NCBI GenBank assembly: GCA_937893125.1
Contig: CALBHW010000038.1
Span: 1,247-65,246, forward strand
Origin: an uncultured Clostridia bacterium
GTDB taxonomy: Bacteria > Bacillota > Clostridia > Christensenellales > UBA1242
Length of the DNA stretch: 64,000 nt
Reading direction: 5' to 3'
The position numbers were made by a program, and so were the translations under genes. Under the pieces are notes generated by a model that saw only the letters and a list, made by a program, of their open reading frames with translations, had not been told where the DNA came from and made no database searches. Of this stretch, positions 19,539-28,779 are shown piece after piece; position 1 is the first letter of the stretch, and each line of letters begins with the position of its first letter.

Positions 19539-20078
19539 TTACTTATCGCTAAATTTACTTTTTTTGATTGCGGGGATGTATTTTTGGACGGCGAGATTTT
19601 CAAAAATGGAAAGGTGCGACTGTTCGCCGTCATATAATAGAGGCTCTCCGCCAAGAAGAAGTTTAAAATCGGCACTGTTTAGTAGGTCGGGGAAAGCGGT
19701 TGTTCCGTTTGATAGATTGAGTCTAACGAGATAAACTTTCTTTGCGTAGGGCAAAAGAAAGAGTGAAAACCTGTCGCCAAAAAGAAATATGTTATTCTCG
19801 TTTAGCCCGTTTATTTTGTCAAAAAGTTGTTTAAAACTGCAAGTGTAATCGTTTTCGAGCGGACTAAAAATTTCGGGCAACTTGCTTTCTTTTGATTTGT
19901 CAAAGAAAATCTTTTTTGTGTGCAAAAAAAATGGTGCTAAGTCGCTCGATTTTTCGTCAAAAACGACCATTGCATTGTTTGTTCTTTCATTTAGTAATTC
20001 TTGTGCGGAAGGGAAATCCGTGAGAGACCTAGCGTTTAACAAATTTTGATTTTTATCAACTAAAACAATCAAATTCAT
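19539..20078 (-). CDS. Dihydrofolate-reductase-fold protein, divergent (catalytic motifs not conserved)
   Basis: ATG at 20078 after aaaaggagaaaaaaa. MNLIVLVDKNQ.. and NIFLFGDRFSLFLLPYAKKVYLVRLNLSNGTTAFPDL align in layout to DHFR (IGG..vy..fL..a..lylT.i......D..FP). Confidence 0.45.
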   Translation of the reverse strand: MNLIVLVDKNQNLLNARSLTDFPSAQELLNERTNNAMVVFDEKSSDLAPFFLHTKKIFFDKSKESKLPEIFSPLENDYTCSFKQLFDKINGLNENNIFLFGDRFSLFLLPYAKKVYLVRLNLSNGTTAFPDLLNSADFKLLLGGEPLLYDGEQSHLSIFENLAVQKYIPAIKKSKFSDK

Positions 20079-20189
20079 TTTTTTTCTCCTTTTGTTGTTT
20101 GCAAATTTTAAAAATCCAAGTATTTGTATTAAAACCCAACCATTAAGCATTCAAAAAAGAATAAGGAATAAAGGTATTTGGCAAAAAAT

Positions 20190-20981
20190 TTATTTTAATT
20201 TTTCTCTTTCATTTTTTATCATTTTTTCCAGTTCGCATGCTTGACCAAAAACTATTTTTAAAGCGTTTTCTTCGTCTATGTTGTCCTTTGGCAAAACGCG
20301 CACTTCGTAGTCAAGGTTTATGTCGCGATTTAAACTGGCGAGTTGTTTTGCGACCTTTTTCCAGTTTATTGTGCCGAATTGATTTAATGTGTGCAAATCG
20401 TGAATGCCGTCGTTATCGTGAATGTGAAGCGCGACCAATTTGTCACCATATTCTTTTATAAAGTCAAAGCCGTGCGAGAAACAGTTGTTGTGTCCAATGT
20501 CCCAGCAAAATTTGAGATATGGGTCGTCGATTCTCTTGAAAATGTCGAAAAATGTGTCGTTATAGTCCAAATTTTCGATTGCGATAGGCGTGTCTTGTTC
20601 GTGACAGACTTTCAAAACGCGTTTTAGCCTTTCAACCCCAACATCGCTTGGCAACCCGCCAAGGTGAACAATGACGCACGAAAATCCGTATTTTTTGGCG
20701 AGCCTAACTTCTTTTTTGAGCCTGCGTTCTAATTTGTACCCGTGCAAGCCCTTTAAAAAGAAATATGGAAGGTCTTTGTTTTCGTATGCCATATGTAGTG
20801 TCGATGGCTTTATTCCATATTTTTTAAAAAGTTCGATTTGTGTTTTTAAATTTCCGCTTTGGTGGTTAAATTTTTTGTCGTTTGAAGTTATGACGCAGTT
20901 AAACCCCGCGTCTTTCATCATCTTAACTCTTTCTTCGGGGTCGTTAGAAAACCCGAAATAAAAACATATTCCTTTGTTCAT
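20190..20981 (-). CDS. Sugar-phosphate isomerase/epimerase (xylose-isomerase-like TIM barrel)
   Basis: 263 aa. Pattern VIVHLGG...IAIENL...FCWDIGHNN...ALHIHDNDG..D.H is typical of the AP_endonuc_2 TIM-barrel family. Confidence 0.7.
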   Translation of the reverse strand: MNKGICFYFGFSNDPEERVKMMKDAGFNCVITSNDKKFNHQSGNLKTQIELFKKYGIKPSTLHMAYENKDLPYFFLKGLHGYKLERRLKKEVRLAKKYGFSCVIVHLGGLPSDVGVERLKRVLKVCHEQDTPIAIENLDYNDTFFDIFKRIDDPYLKFCWDIGHNNCFSHGFDFIKEYGDKLVALHIHDNDGIHDLHTLNQFGTINWKKVAKQLASLNRDINLDYEVRVLPKDNIDEENALKIVFGQACELEKMIKNEREKLK

Positions 20982-21257
20982 TTTTTGTCCTTTGATATTT
21001 TACATAAAAGCATTTCTTATTTTAAAAAGTTGCTTTTGTTTTAAAATTACAACTTTCATTCTATCATAATTTGTTTTTTTATCAAAACCATTTTGACTTT
21101 TTTTGGTTGAGATAGCAAAAAAAATGTATTTTAAAAACTTTTTACTATTTAGGTGGAAACTGGGAAAAAATAAGTCCTTTTTATTGATTTGACTTTTTTG
21201 AAATAAAAATTTATACTAAACCTAAGCAAAAAGCATTTTGCTGTTTTAAATTAAAAT

Positions 21258-21278
21258 AAATAATGTATGCCATTATTT
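21258..21278. promoter_or_regulatory. Perfect 8-5-8 palindrome upstream of rubrerythrin (candidate Fur/PerR-type operator)
   Basis: AAATAATG-tatgc-CATTATTT, about 90 nt upstream of the rubrerythrin (rbr) ATG. Confidence 0.35.
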
Positions 21279-21367
21279 TTCTAAATAGGGATAAAAAAAA
21301 GGTATTTTAGGTTTAATTTAGGACAATTTTTTTAAGCAAATATGCTTTTTATAAAAAAGGAGAAAAA

Positions 21368-21904
21368 ATGAATAAATATTCGGGAACACAAACAGAAAAA
21401 AATTTACAAACTGCGTTTGCTGGCGAGTCGCAAGCAAGAAATAAATATACATATTTTGCCTCAACTGCAAAAAAAGAAGGGTTTGAGCAAATAGCGAGCA
21501 TTTTTGAAAAAACTGCAAACAACGAAAAAGAGCACGCAAAAATGTGGCTTAAAGAGTTGTCGGGAATAGGCAACACAAGAGAAAATCTTTTGTCCGCGTC
21601 AGAAGGCGAAAATTATGAGTGGACGGATATGTACGAAGGGTTTGCAAAAACTGCGGAAGAAGAAGGTTTCCCTGAACTTGCCCGCAAATTTAGAATGGTT
21701 GGTATTATTGAAAAATATCACGAAGAACGCTATCGCAAACTTCTTCAAAACTTAGAAAATGACGAAGTCTTTGCAAAATCAACCGTCAAAATTTGGGAAT
21801 GCCGAAATTGCGGGCATATCGTAATTGGTGAAAAAGCGCCAGCGGTTTGCCCAGTTTGTAACCACCCACAATCATATTTTGAAATCCGCGAAGAAAATTA
21901 CTAA
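21368..21904 (+). CDS. rbr: Rubrerythrin
   Basis: 178 aa. [26 protein letters not shown]-terminal rubredoxin-like CRNCG...CPVC. Confidence 0.92.
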   Translation: MNKYSGTQTEKNLQTAFAGESQARNKYTYFASTAKKEGFEQIASIFEKTANNEKEHAKMWLKELSGIGNTRENLLSASEGENYEWTDMYEGFAKTAEEEGFPELARKFRMVGIIEKYHEERYRKLLQNLENDEVFAKSTVKIWECRNCGHIVIGEKAPAVCPVCNHPQSYFEIREENY

Positions 21905-22306
21905 TTTTTGATTAAAAAAATTCAAATTTTGATTAGAAAGACTTAATTTCCGTGCATTTTTTAATAAATAATCAAATAAAGCATTAAATATAAAAATTAA
22001 ACAAAACAGTTTAATAAAACAATTAAATAAAAAAAATTAATAAAAAATTTTAAGAAAGTAGTTAAGAAAAATATAATAAAAAAAACAAGAACTTGTATTC
22101 CTTTGATTTTAAGGGAAATGTTCTTGTTTTTTAGTATCGGGGAGTTTATTTTAAGTATAGAATGATAGTTATTTTGACTAGCAATTCAAAGTCATTTTAT
22201 AAATTTGCGTTAAATAAATTGATTAGTGAAAATATAGCATCACATAGTTTTAATTGGGTGTTTAAGATTAGTTTTTTTTGTTCTTTTTTGTCGACTTTTA
22301 GGTTTT

Positions 22307-22759
22307 TTATAGATAGCCCAGTTGAGTGTATCCGACTTCTTTTGCTTTTTCCACTTTAATTTTTGGGTTTGACAAACCATTTCTAAGTGCTTGGATTTTC
22401 TTTCTGACAAGTTTTGCTTGCTCTTTTAATTCGTCTAAACTTGCATAGTCTTTTTCAAAATATTCGTCGTGAGAAGGGGCAAAATTATCTTGCCATAAAG
22501 ACTGATTTAGTTGTTTATCGAAATAGTTGTCAAACCAATTTGTGAGTTTGAATAGGTCGTCACGAAAACTATACTCTTGTTTTCTTTTGTTGTATTTTTC
22601 GACACTGAAATTAAAATTATCGTCAAAATCTTCATAAACGCAATCCTTGTAGTTTTGCGGAATTTCGACTATTGCGTATCCTTTTTCGATTGCCTTTTCT
22701 TCGCCATATAGGGCGATGAAACTAGGGTTAAATTCATTTTTTTTAATACATATTTTCAT
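22307..22759 (-). CDS. Hypothetical protein downstream of the tail-fibre-like gene (possible fibre assembly/chaperone partner)
   Basis: 150 aa, acidic and aromatic-rich, coiled C-terminus. Starts 1 nt after the stop of the upstream gene. Confidence 0.35.
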   Translation of the reverse strand: MKICIKKNEFNPSFIALYGEEKAIEKGYAIVEIPQNYKDCVYEDFDDNFNFSVEKYNKRKQEYSFRDDLFKLTNWFDNYFDKQLNQSLWQDNFAPSHDEYFEKDYASLDELKEQAKLVRKKIQALRNGLSNPKIKVEKAKEVGYTQLGYL

Positions 22760-22760
22760 A

Positions 22761-23567
22761 TTACACCACCTTTACTCCTATAACTTTTAGCGGAATCAAT
22801 CTATAATATAATACTTGTCCCGCACTGCCTTTATTTGAATAAAGACAGTCTCCGACTTGTAGGGAAGTTTTAGAATTTGCAATGATTCTTCTAGAAAAAA
22901 ATTCATTAGCGTAAGCCGAGTCGGTGCTGATAGAACAAAGATTTACACTTGTCGAGCCGTTGTAGGTGATTGTTCCAAATTGTTCTGGCTCACCGCCCAT
23001 AAAAGAACTGCAAACGATAATAAGAAAATCCCAATCGCTTGAACTTAAAGTAATTGTTTGTGGATAAAAATTGGCGGTTGGTGACGGATTTTCCCATAAC
23101 ACTTTCATACAATCGGTGCTGACTTTTTTACCTAGCAAATCGGTCGTCGCTTTTTGAGTCATTGCGCCGTCTGTGTTTTGCCCCGAAGTCGAATAAAGCG
23201 TGTTTTGAAGGCTAGGCTTATTTTTTATGTAGTCGTCAGAAGTGGAGTCAGTTTGCGCCCAGTCACTTTGAACATTCTTTTTTGCCTCGCTTTCAATAGT
23301 GCCAAGTTTCGCCTTTTCTTCGGTCGTAAAACTAGCGGTCGTGCTATCTAAAACTGTTTTGTTGTCGTGCGTGTGTCGTGCAAGGGTGTTATTTGCCACA
23401 TTATTTTTTTCTGTTGTGTCGTAGTCATTTGTGGACAGTCCCTTGCCGTCAACTTTGTCCACTTTTGTTTTAAACTTTTGTTCCGTGTCCAAATTAAGTT
23501 GTGCTTGTAGTTGCATTTCGCCTTCAAGTCGCAACACTTTGTCTAATAAATAATTTGTTTTGTCCAT
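22761..23567 (-). CDS. Phage tail-fibre-like protein
   Basis: ATG at 23567 after gggtaggagaaaaatt. GKGLSTNDYDTTEKNNV, FTTEEKAKLGTIESEAKKNVQSDWAQTDSTSDDYIKNKPS and DGAMTQKATTDLL are motifs I recognise from phage tail-fibre/receptor-binding proteins. Confidence 0.6.
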   Translation of the reverse strand: MDKTNYLLDKVLRLEGEMQLQAQLNLDTEQKFKTKVDKVDGKGLSTNDYDTTEKNNVANNTLARHTHDNKTVLDSTTASFTTEEKAKLGTIESEAKKNVQSDWAQTDSTSDDYIKNKPSLQNTLYSTSGQNTDGAMTQKATTDLLGKKVSTDCMKVLWENPSPTANFYPQTITLSSSDWDFLIIVCSSFMGGEPEQFGTITYNGSTSVNLCSISTDSAYANEFFSRRIIANSKTSLQVGDCLYSNKGSAGQVLYYRLIPLKVIGVKVV

Positions 23568-23901
23568 AATTTTTCTCCTACCCATATTTTATATGGCGAG
23601 AAAATCAATTTCAAAAAAAAGTGTCATTTTTTTTATTAAAATAAGGAAAAACTTTTCAAACTCCCGCTTTTTTGTTTTGAGTTAGTGGTTTTAACTTTGC
23701 TTTATTAAAAAGCAATTGTTTGGTATTAACATTTTTTCTAGATAGTTTTAAAAAAAAACAAGTCTATACTTTTAGTGGTTTTAAAGTATAAAAATCAAAA
23801 TTTTTAATTGTCAAAATATGTTTTTGATATATGGAAATTTGTGCTATAATATACAAATATAAGTATAGTATATATGTATACTTTTTATTAAGGGAGAAAA
23901 A

Positions 23902-24906
23902 ATGGACAATTGTTTAATATCTATTATTGTTCCAGTGTACAATGTGGAAAAATATTTAGACAAGTGTTTGGAGTCTATTGTAAATCAAACATATAAAAAC
24001 ATTGAAATAATTTTGGTCGACGACGGGTCAAAAGATAATTGTCCTGCGATGTGTGACGAGTGGGCGAAAAAAGATAACAGAATAAAGGTTATACACAAAG
24101 AAAATGGTGGATTGTCAGACGCAAGAAATTTTGGACTTCAAAGTGCTAAGGGCGAATATGTTGGCTTTATTGATAGTGACGACTATATCGACACAACAAT
24201 GTTTGAAAAACTTTTAAACAAGACAAAGGAAGAGGACGCCACTATGACTCTTTGTGGTTTAACGCTTTCGTATGAAGATGGAACGGTTAGAAAATATATT
24301 GAAACAAATTTGAAGAATTGCAACGCCCAAAATATAGCAACCTTTTACACCTATTCGCAATTTTGGACGGAAAATAAGGACATTTACACAGATGGCATTA
24401 TGGCAAGCGTGTGTCGAGTTTTATACAAAAAAGATTTTATAGGTTTACATAGGTTTGATAAAGGAATGTATTATGAAGATATACTTTTTAATCTTCCGTT
24501 ACTAAAAAAGAAATCTAAAATTGCGATTGTCAATGAAAATTTGTATTTTTATTGTCAGCGTGCGGGAAGTATAGTGCACTCATACGACGAAGTTAAATAT
24601 AATAAAAGGCTAGATTTTACAAAGACGGTTGTAGAAAGGATAGCGCCTTTAATTGATGAAAGTACATTAAAAGCGTATAAATTTCAGTTATATTATGAAA
24701 TTGTTCTTGAACTAGCCAAAAATGGCAAAAAAGATTTACTTAAAAAGTTTAAAAAAGAAAAATGGTTACAAGAGTACAACTGTAAAGAAAACTACAAGTG
24801 TAAGAAAAAGATTACGACAATTTTTAAATACAAAGTTTTAAACTTTTTGGTTTATAAAAAGGCTTTTAAACTTCTTAAACTTGCTTACAAGATAAAAGGA
24901 AATTAA
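23902..24906 (+). CDS. Glycosyltransferase family 2
   Basis: ISIIVPVYNVEKYLDKCLESI..QTY.NIEIILVDDGSKD...NGGLSDARNFG...FIDSDD. Confidence 0.9.
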   Translation: MDNCLISIIVPVYNVEKYLDKCLESIVNQTYKNIEIILVDDGSKDNCPAMCDEWAKKDNRIKVIHKENGGLSDARNFGLQSAKGEYVGFIDSDDYIDTTMFEKLLNKTKEEDATMTLCGLTLSYEDGTVRKYIETNLKNCNAQNIATFYTYSQFWTENKDIYTDGIMASVCRVLYKKDFIGLHRFDKGMYYEDILFNLPLLKKKSKIAIVNENLYFYCQRAGSIVHSYDEVKYNKRLDFTKTVVERIAPLIDESTLKAYKFQLYYEIVLELAKNGKKDLLKKFKKEKWLQEYNCKENYKCKKKITTIFKYKVLNFLVYKKAFKLLKLAYKIKGN

Positions 24907-24910
24907 AAAA

Positions 24911-26020
24911 ATGAAAAAAATAATGCTTGTTTTTGGCACAAGACCAGAAGCAATCAAAATGTGCCCTTTAGTTAAAGAGTTAAAGGAAAGAAAAAGTTTT
25001 CAAACGCTTGTTTGTGTGACTGGGCAACATAGAGAAATGTTGCACCAAGTCTTGGACGCGTTTAGTGTTGTGCCAGATTTTGATTTGGATATTATGAAAG
25101 ACAAGCAAAATCTTTTTGACATAACAACAAATATTTTAGAAAAAATTAAAGCGGTTTTAGAAGATGTCAAACCTGACATTGTTCTAGTCCACGGCGACAC
25201 ATCGACGACCTTCGTGACGGCGCTTGCGTGTTTTTATCTTCACATTCCAGTTGGGCACGTCGAAGCGGGGCTACGCACATACAACTTAGACTCGCCTTGG
25301 CCAGAAGAGTTTAATAGGCAAGCGGTGAGTATTATTTCAAAATACAACTTTTGCCCAACCGTACTTTCAAAACAAAATTTGCTAAATGAAGGGAAAAACC
25401 CGACAACTTTGTATGTCACGGGAAACACCGCAATCGACGCTTTAAAAACGACGGTTAGGGAAAATTATCAAAACGAAAACCTTGATTGGGCAAGGGGAAG
25501 CAGACTTATTATGTTGACGGCGCATAGAAGAGAAAATATAGGAAAGCCTATGGAACATATGTTTAAGGCAATAAAGCGAATTGTTGACGAGTACGAAGAT
25601 GTTAAGGTTATTTATCCAATACATATGAACCCTGTTGTTCGCGAGATTGCAAATAGAATTTTAGGGAACGAAAGTAGGGTTAGGATAATTGAACCGCTCG
25701 AAGTTGTCGATTTTCACAATTTTCTTGCAAGAAGTTATATGATTTTGACTGATAGTGGTGGCATTCAAGAAGAAGCGCCATCACTTGGGAAACCTGTTTT
25801 AGTTATGAGAGACACAACGGAAAGACCAGAAGGCATTAAGGCGGGGACATTAAAACTTGTCGGGACGGAAGAAGAAAATATTTACAAAAATTTCAAACTT
25901 TTGCTTGACGATGAAAAGGAATACGCAAAAATGAGCAAGGCGCAAAATCCTTACGGAGACGGAACTGCCTGCAAACAAATTGCCGACATTTTAGAAAAAA
26001 ATATTGGAGAGAAAAAATGA
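24911..26020 (+). CDS. wecB: UDP-N-acetylglucosamine 2-epimerase (non-hydrolysing)
   Basis: 369 aa. LVFGTRPEAIKMCPLV, VTGQHREML, VHGDTSTT, HVEAGLRT, LTDSGGIQEEAPSLGKPVLVMR. Confidence 0.92.
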   Translation: MKKIMLVFGTRPEAIKMCPLVKELKERKSFQTLVCVTGQHREMLHQVLDAFSVVPDFDLDIMKDKQNLFDITTNILEKIKAVLEDVKPDIVLVHGDTSTTFVTALACFYLHIPVGHVEAGLRTYNLDSPWPEEFNRQAVSIISKYNFCPTVLSKQNLLNEGKNPTTLYVTGNTAIDALKTTVRENYQNENLDWARGSRLIMLTAHRRENIGKPMEHMFKAIKRIVDEYEDVKVIYPIHMNPVVREIANRILGNESRVRIIEPLEVVDFHNFLARSYMILTDSGGIQEEAPSLGKPVLVMRDTTERPEGIKAGTLKLVGTEEENIYKNFKLLLDDEKEYAKMSKAQNPYGDGTACKQIADILEKNIGEKK

Positions 26021-26775
26021 TACCAAAAATAATACACTATGTTTGGGTCGGCGGAAAGCCACTAACACCACTAGCAGAAAAATGTATAGAGAGTTGGAAA
26101 AAGTTTTGTCCTGACTACGAAATAAAAAGGTGGGACGAGACCACTTTTGATATAAATGAAAATGTCTATTGCAAGGAAGCGTACGAGTCCAAAAAATGGG
26201 CGTTTGTGTCCGACTACATTCGTTTAAAAGTTCTTTATGATTATGGCGGAATTTATATGGACACCGATGTCGAAGTGACGAAGCCTTTGGATAAATATTT
26301 AGAGTATCACGCTTTTTCGGGGTTCGAAAGAGACGAGCTTATTCCGACTGGCATAATCGGGGCGGAAAAAGGAAATCACTGGATTGAAGAAAACTTAAAA
26401 GTGTATGACAATAGACATTTTATTATAGGTAAGGACAAACTAGATTTAACCACAAATGTTTACTTTATTACAAATAAAACAAAAGAAATGTATCCAAATA
26501 TTGAACTAAAAAATGACTTTTTAGACTTGGGCGATGTTGTTTTTTATCCGTCCGACTATTTTTGCCCAATTGACTACGAAACAAAAATTTGCAATCTAAC
26601 GAAAAATACTTGCACGATACATCATTTTTGTGGGTCGTGGATTGAACCGCCAAAAGGGTTTGCAAAATTTAAGTTTAAGATAAAATCACTTATCAAAAAG
26701 ATTATTGGGAAGAAAAATGTTGAAAAAATAAAAAATCGTAGGAAGAAAAGAAGAGAGAAAAAGAAAAAAAATTAA
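26017..26775 (+). CDS. Glycosyltransferase with DXD sugar-binding motif (Gly_transf_sug type)
   Basis: IPKIIHYVWVGGKP, SDYIRLKVLYDYGGIYMDTDVEV. 4-nt overlap with wecB. Confidence 0.8.
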   Translation: MIPKIIHYVWVGGKPLTPLAEKCIESWKKFCPDYEIKRWDETTFDINENVYCKEAYESKKWAFVSDYIRLKVLYDYGGIYMDTDVEVTKPLDKYLEYHAFSGFERDELIPTGIIGAEKGNHWIEENLKVYDNRHFIIGKDKLDLTTNVYFITNKTKEMYPNIELKNDFLDLGDVVFYPSDYFCPIDYETKICNLTKNTCTIHHFCGSWIEPPKGFAKFKFKIKSLIKKIIGKKNVEKIKNRRKKRREKKKKN

Positions 26776-26894
26776 GTAGCCTATTGAAAAAATCTTTTAT
26801 TTATAAAATGGCTTTAAAAAAAGGCAAGTCTAAAATCTTTAGACAAGCATAAAAAACAATTTTTATGACTTTAAAACAAAAAAAGAAGAAAACT

Positions 26895-28613
26895 ATGACA
26901 AGAACGCAAAATATAAAGAAAAATTTAATATTTAATGTTATAAGATATGCAACAAATATTTTGTTGCAATTTGTTTTGCGTACCGTTCTCATCTATTATA
27001 TGGGGGCGGAATATTTGGGCTTAAACGGTCTTTTTACTAACATTTTTTCGTTTTTGAACCTTGCCGAACTTGGCATTGGGGGCGCTATTGTATTTAGTAT
27101 GTACAAGCCAATCGCGGAAAATGACATTGAAAAAGTTAAAGCCTTGCAAAATCTATACAAAAAGTTTTACATTATAATTGCTATTGTTGTAGGCGTCTTA
27201 GGTGCCGTGCTTACGCCTTTTATAAAATATTTTATGAATGGTGGCGTCGAAGCAGATATAAACATTTATATTCTTTATGTTATGTATCTTGCCTACACGC
27301 TTGTAGGGTATTTTTCGGCACACAAAAGGTCGCTTTTATTTGCCTACCAAAGAAACGACATCGAAAACAAAATAAAAACAGTTTGTTCATTTTTAATGGT
27401 TGGAATACAAATTGCAATTTTGATTTTAACTAGAAATTACTATTTCTATTTTTCGGTAAGTATATTGTTTGCGCTCGTGGAAGGAATTTCCGTGCAAATT
27501 GTTGCAAATAAATTGTATCCCGAAATAAACGGTAAAGCGGAAAAGCTCGACGACCTTACAAAAAAGGAAATTACAAAAAATGTTACGGCGCTAAGCCTAC
27601 ATAAAGTCGGCAAAGCGGTCGTGTTTTCAACGGACAACATTCTTGTTTCGACTTTTTTAGGGCTTGCAATTCTCGGCGTGTACACAAATTATAGTTTGAT
27701 TATAACTACTCTAACGATGATTTCGCAAATGATTTATAATGCGATAACGGCAAGTGCGGGAGATTTGATTGCGAGTTCTAGCACGGAATATGTGTATGAA
27801 AGATACAAAAAAACAAATTTTATTTTTTCATATTATAGCGGAATGACAACGATTTGCCTGGTGACTCTTTTTCAGCCTTTCATTGCAAAATGGACGGGAG
27901 ACGCTAGTTACTTGCTCGACTTTTCAACCGTGTTACTTCTTTGCGTTAGTTATTATTTGACGGGAATGAGAACGGGCGTGTGGGTATACAAAGACGCCGC
28001 AGGATTATTTGATCAAGATAAATGGAAGCCTATCGCGGAAGCACTAGTTAACCTTGTAGTGTCAGTTGGTCTAGCGTATGTTATGGGAATAAACGGCATT
28101 GTTATCGGCACAATCGTGAGTACGCTCGTCGCGCCTTTTTGGGTCGAACCATATGTATTGTACAAGTACTATTTCAAAAAAAGCACGAAACCATTTTTCC
28201 TTCGATACGCGCTCGATGTTGTGATTACTTTAGTTTGCGGAGTCGCAACCTACTTTATTTGTTCCTTTATCCCAACGCCAAACATTTTACTACTTGCGGT
28301 TAAATTTGTAGTTTGCTTTGTGCTTGCAAATGTCCTGCTTATTTTAGCCTATTTGCCAACGGGCGATATGAAAAATACTTTTCAAATTGTAAAATCTTTG
28401 TTTAATAGAAAAACAAAAGTAAAAAGAAATAACAACGACATTTCGCAAAACGACGACTTGCCAAATCAGATAGCGGACAACCAAGAAAAGGATAGTTCGA
28501 AAAATGAAGAGACGGACAACATTGACATTTCAAATAAAGTGAAAACGGTCGACCAACAAATAGACGACTTGCAAAATGAAAAGACTGACGAGCAACGAAC
28601 TGATGAATCATAA
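26895..28613 (+). CDS. Wzx-like oligosaccharide flippase (MOP superfamily) with acidic low-complexity C-terminal tail
   Basis: About 12-14 TM segments. N-terminal KKNLIFNVIRY..NILLQFVLR is typical of polysaccharide-biosynthesis flippases. The start could also be 26865. Confidence 0.75.
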   Translation: MTRTQNIKKNLIFNVIRYATNILLQFVLRTVLIYYMGAEYLGLNGLFTNIFSFLNLAELGIGGAIVFSMYKPIAENDIEKVKALQNLYKKFYIIIAIVVGVLGAVLTPFIKYFMNGGVEADINIYILYVMYLAYTLVGYFSAHKRSLLFAYQRNDIENKIKTVCSFLMVGIQIAILILTRNYYFYFSVSILFALVEGISVQIVANKLYPEINGKAEKLDDLTKKEITKNVTALSLHKVGKAVVFSTDNILVSTFLGLAILGVYTNYSLIITTLTMISQMIYNAITASAGDLIASSSTEYVYERYKKTNFIFSYYSGMTTICLVTLFQPFIAKWTGDASYLLDFSTVLLLCVSYYLTGMRTGVWVYKDAAGLFDQDKWKPIAEALVNLVVSVGLAYVMGINGIVIGTIVSTLVAPFWVEPYVLYKYYFKKSTKPFFLRYALDVVITLVCGVATYFICSFIPTPNILLLAVKFVVCFVLANVLLILAYLPTGDMKNTFQIVKSLFNRKTKVKRNNNDISQNDDLPNQIADNQEKDSSKNEETDNIDISNKVKTVDQQIDDLQNEKTDEQRTDES

Positions 28614-28696
28614 AATCAAAAAATAGACATTTCGCGAAACTAATAAAAGTTTATGTACGAAAAAATATAACTAAGTTTAAAAAAGATAGTTAAATA

Positions 28697-28722
28697 AGCC
28701 ACGGATATTCCGTGGCTTTTTA
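28697..28722 (+). terminator. Rho-independent terminator after the flippase gene
   Basis: agccacgga-tat-tccgtggct followed by ttttt. Confidence 0.8.
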
Positions 28723-28779
28723 TCTAATGATGTTTATAGTTTTCCCTATTCTAACAATAAAGTATTGTCTTATGATATT

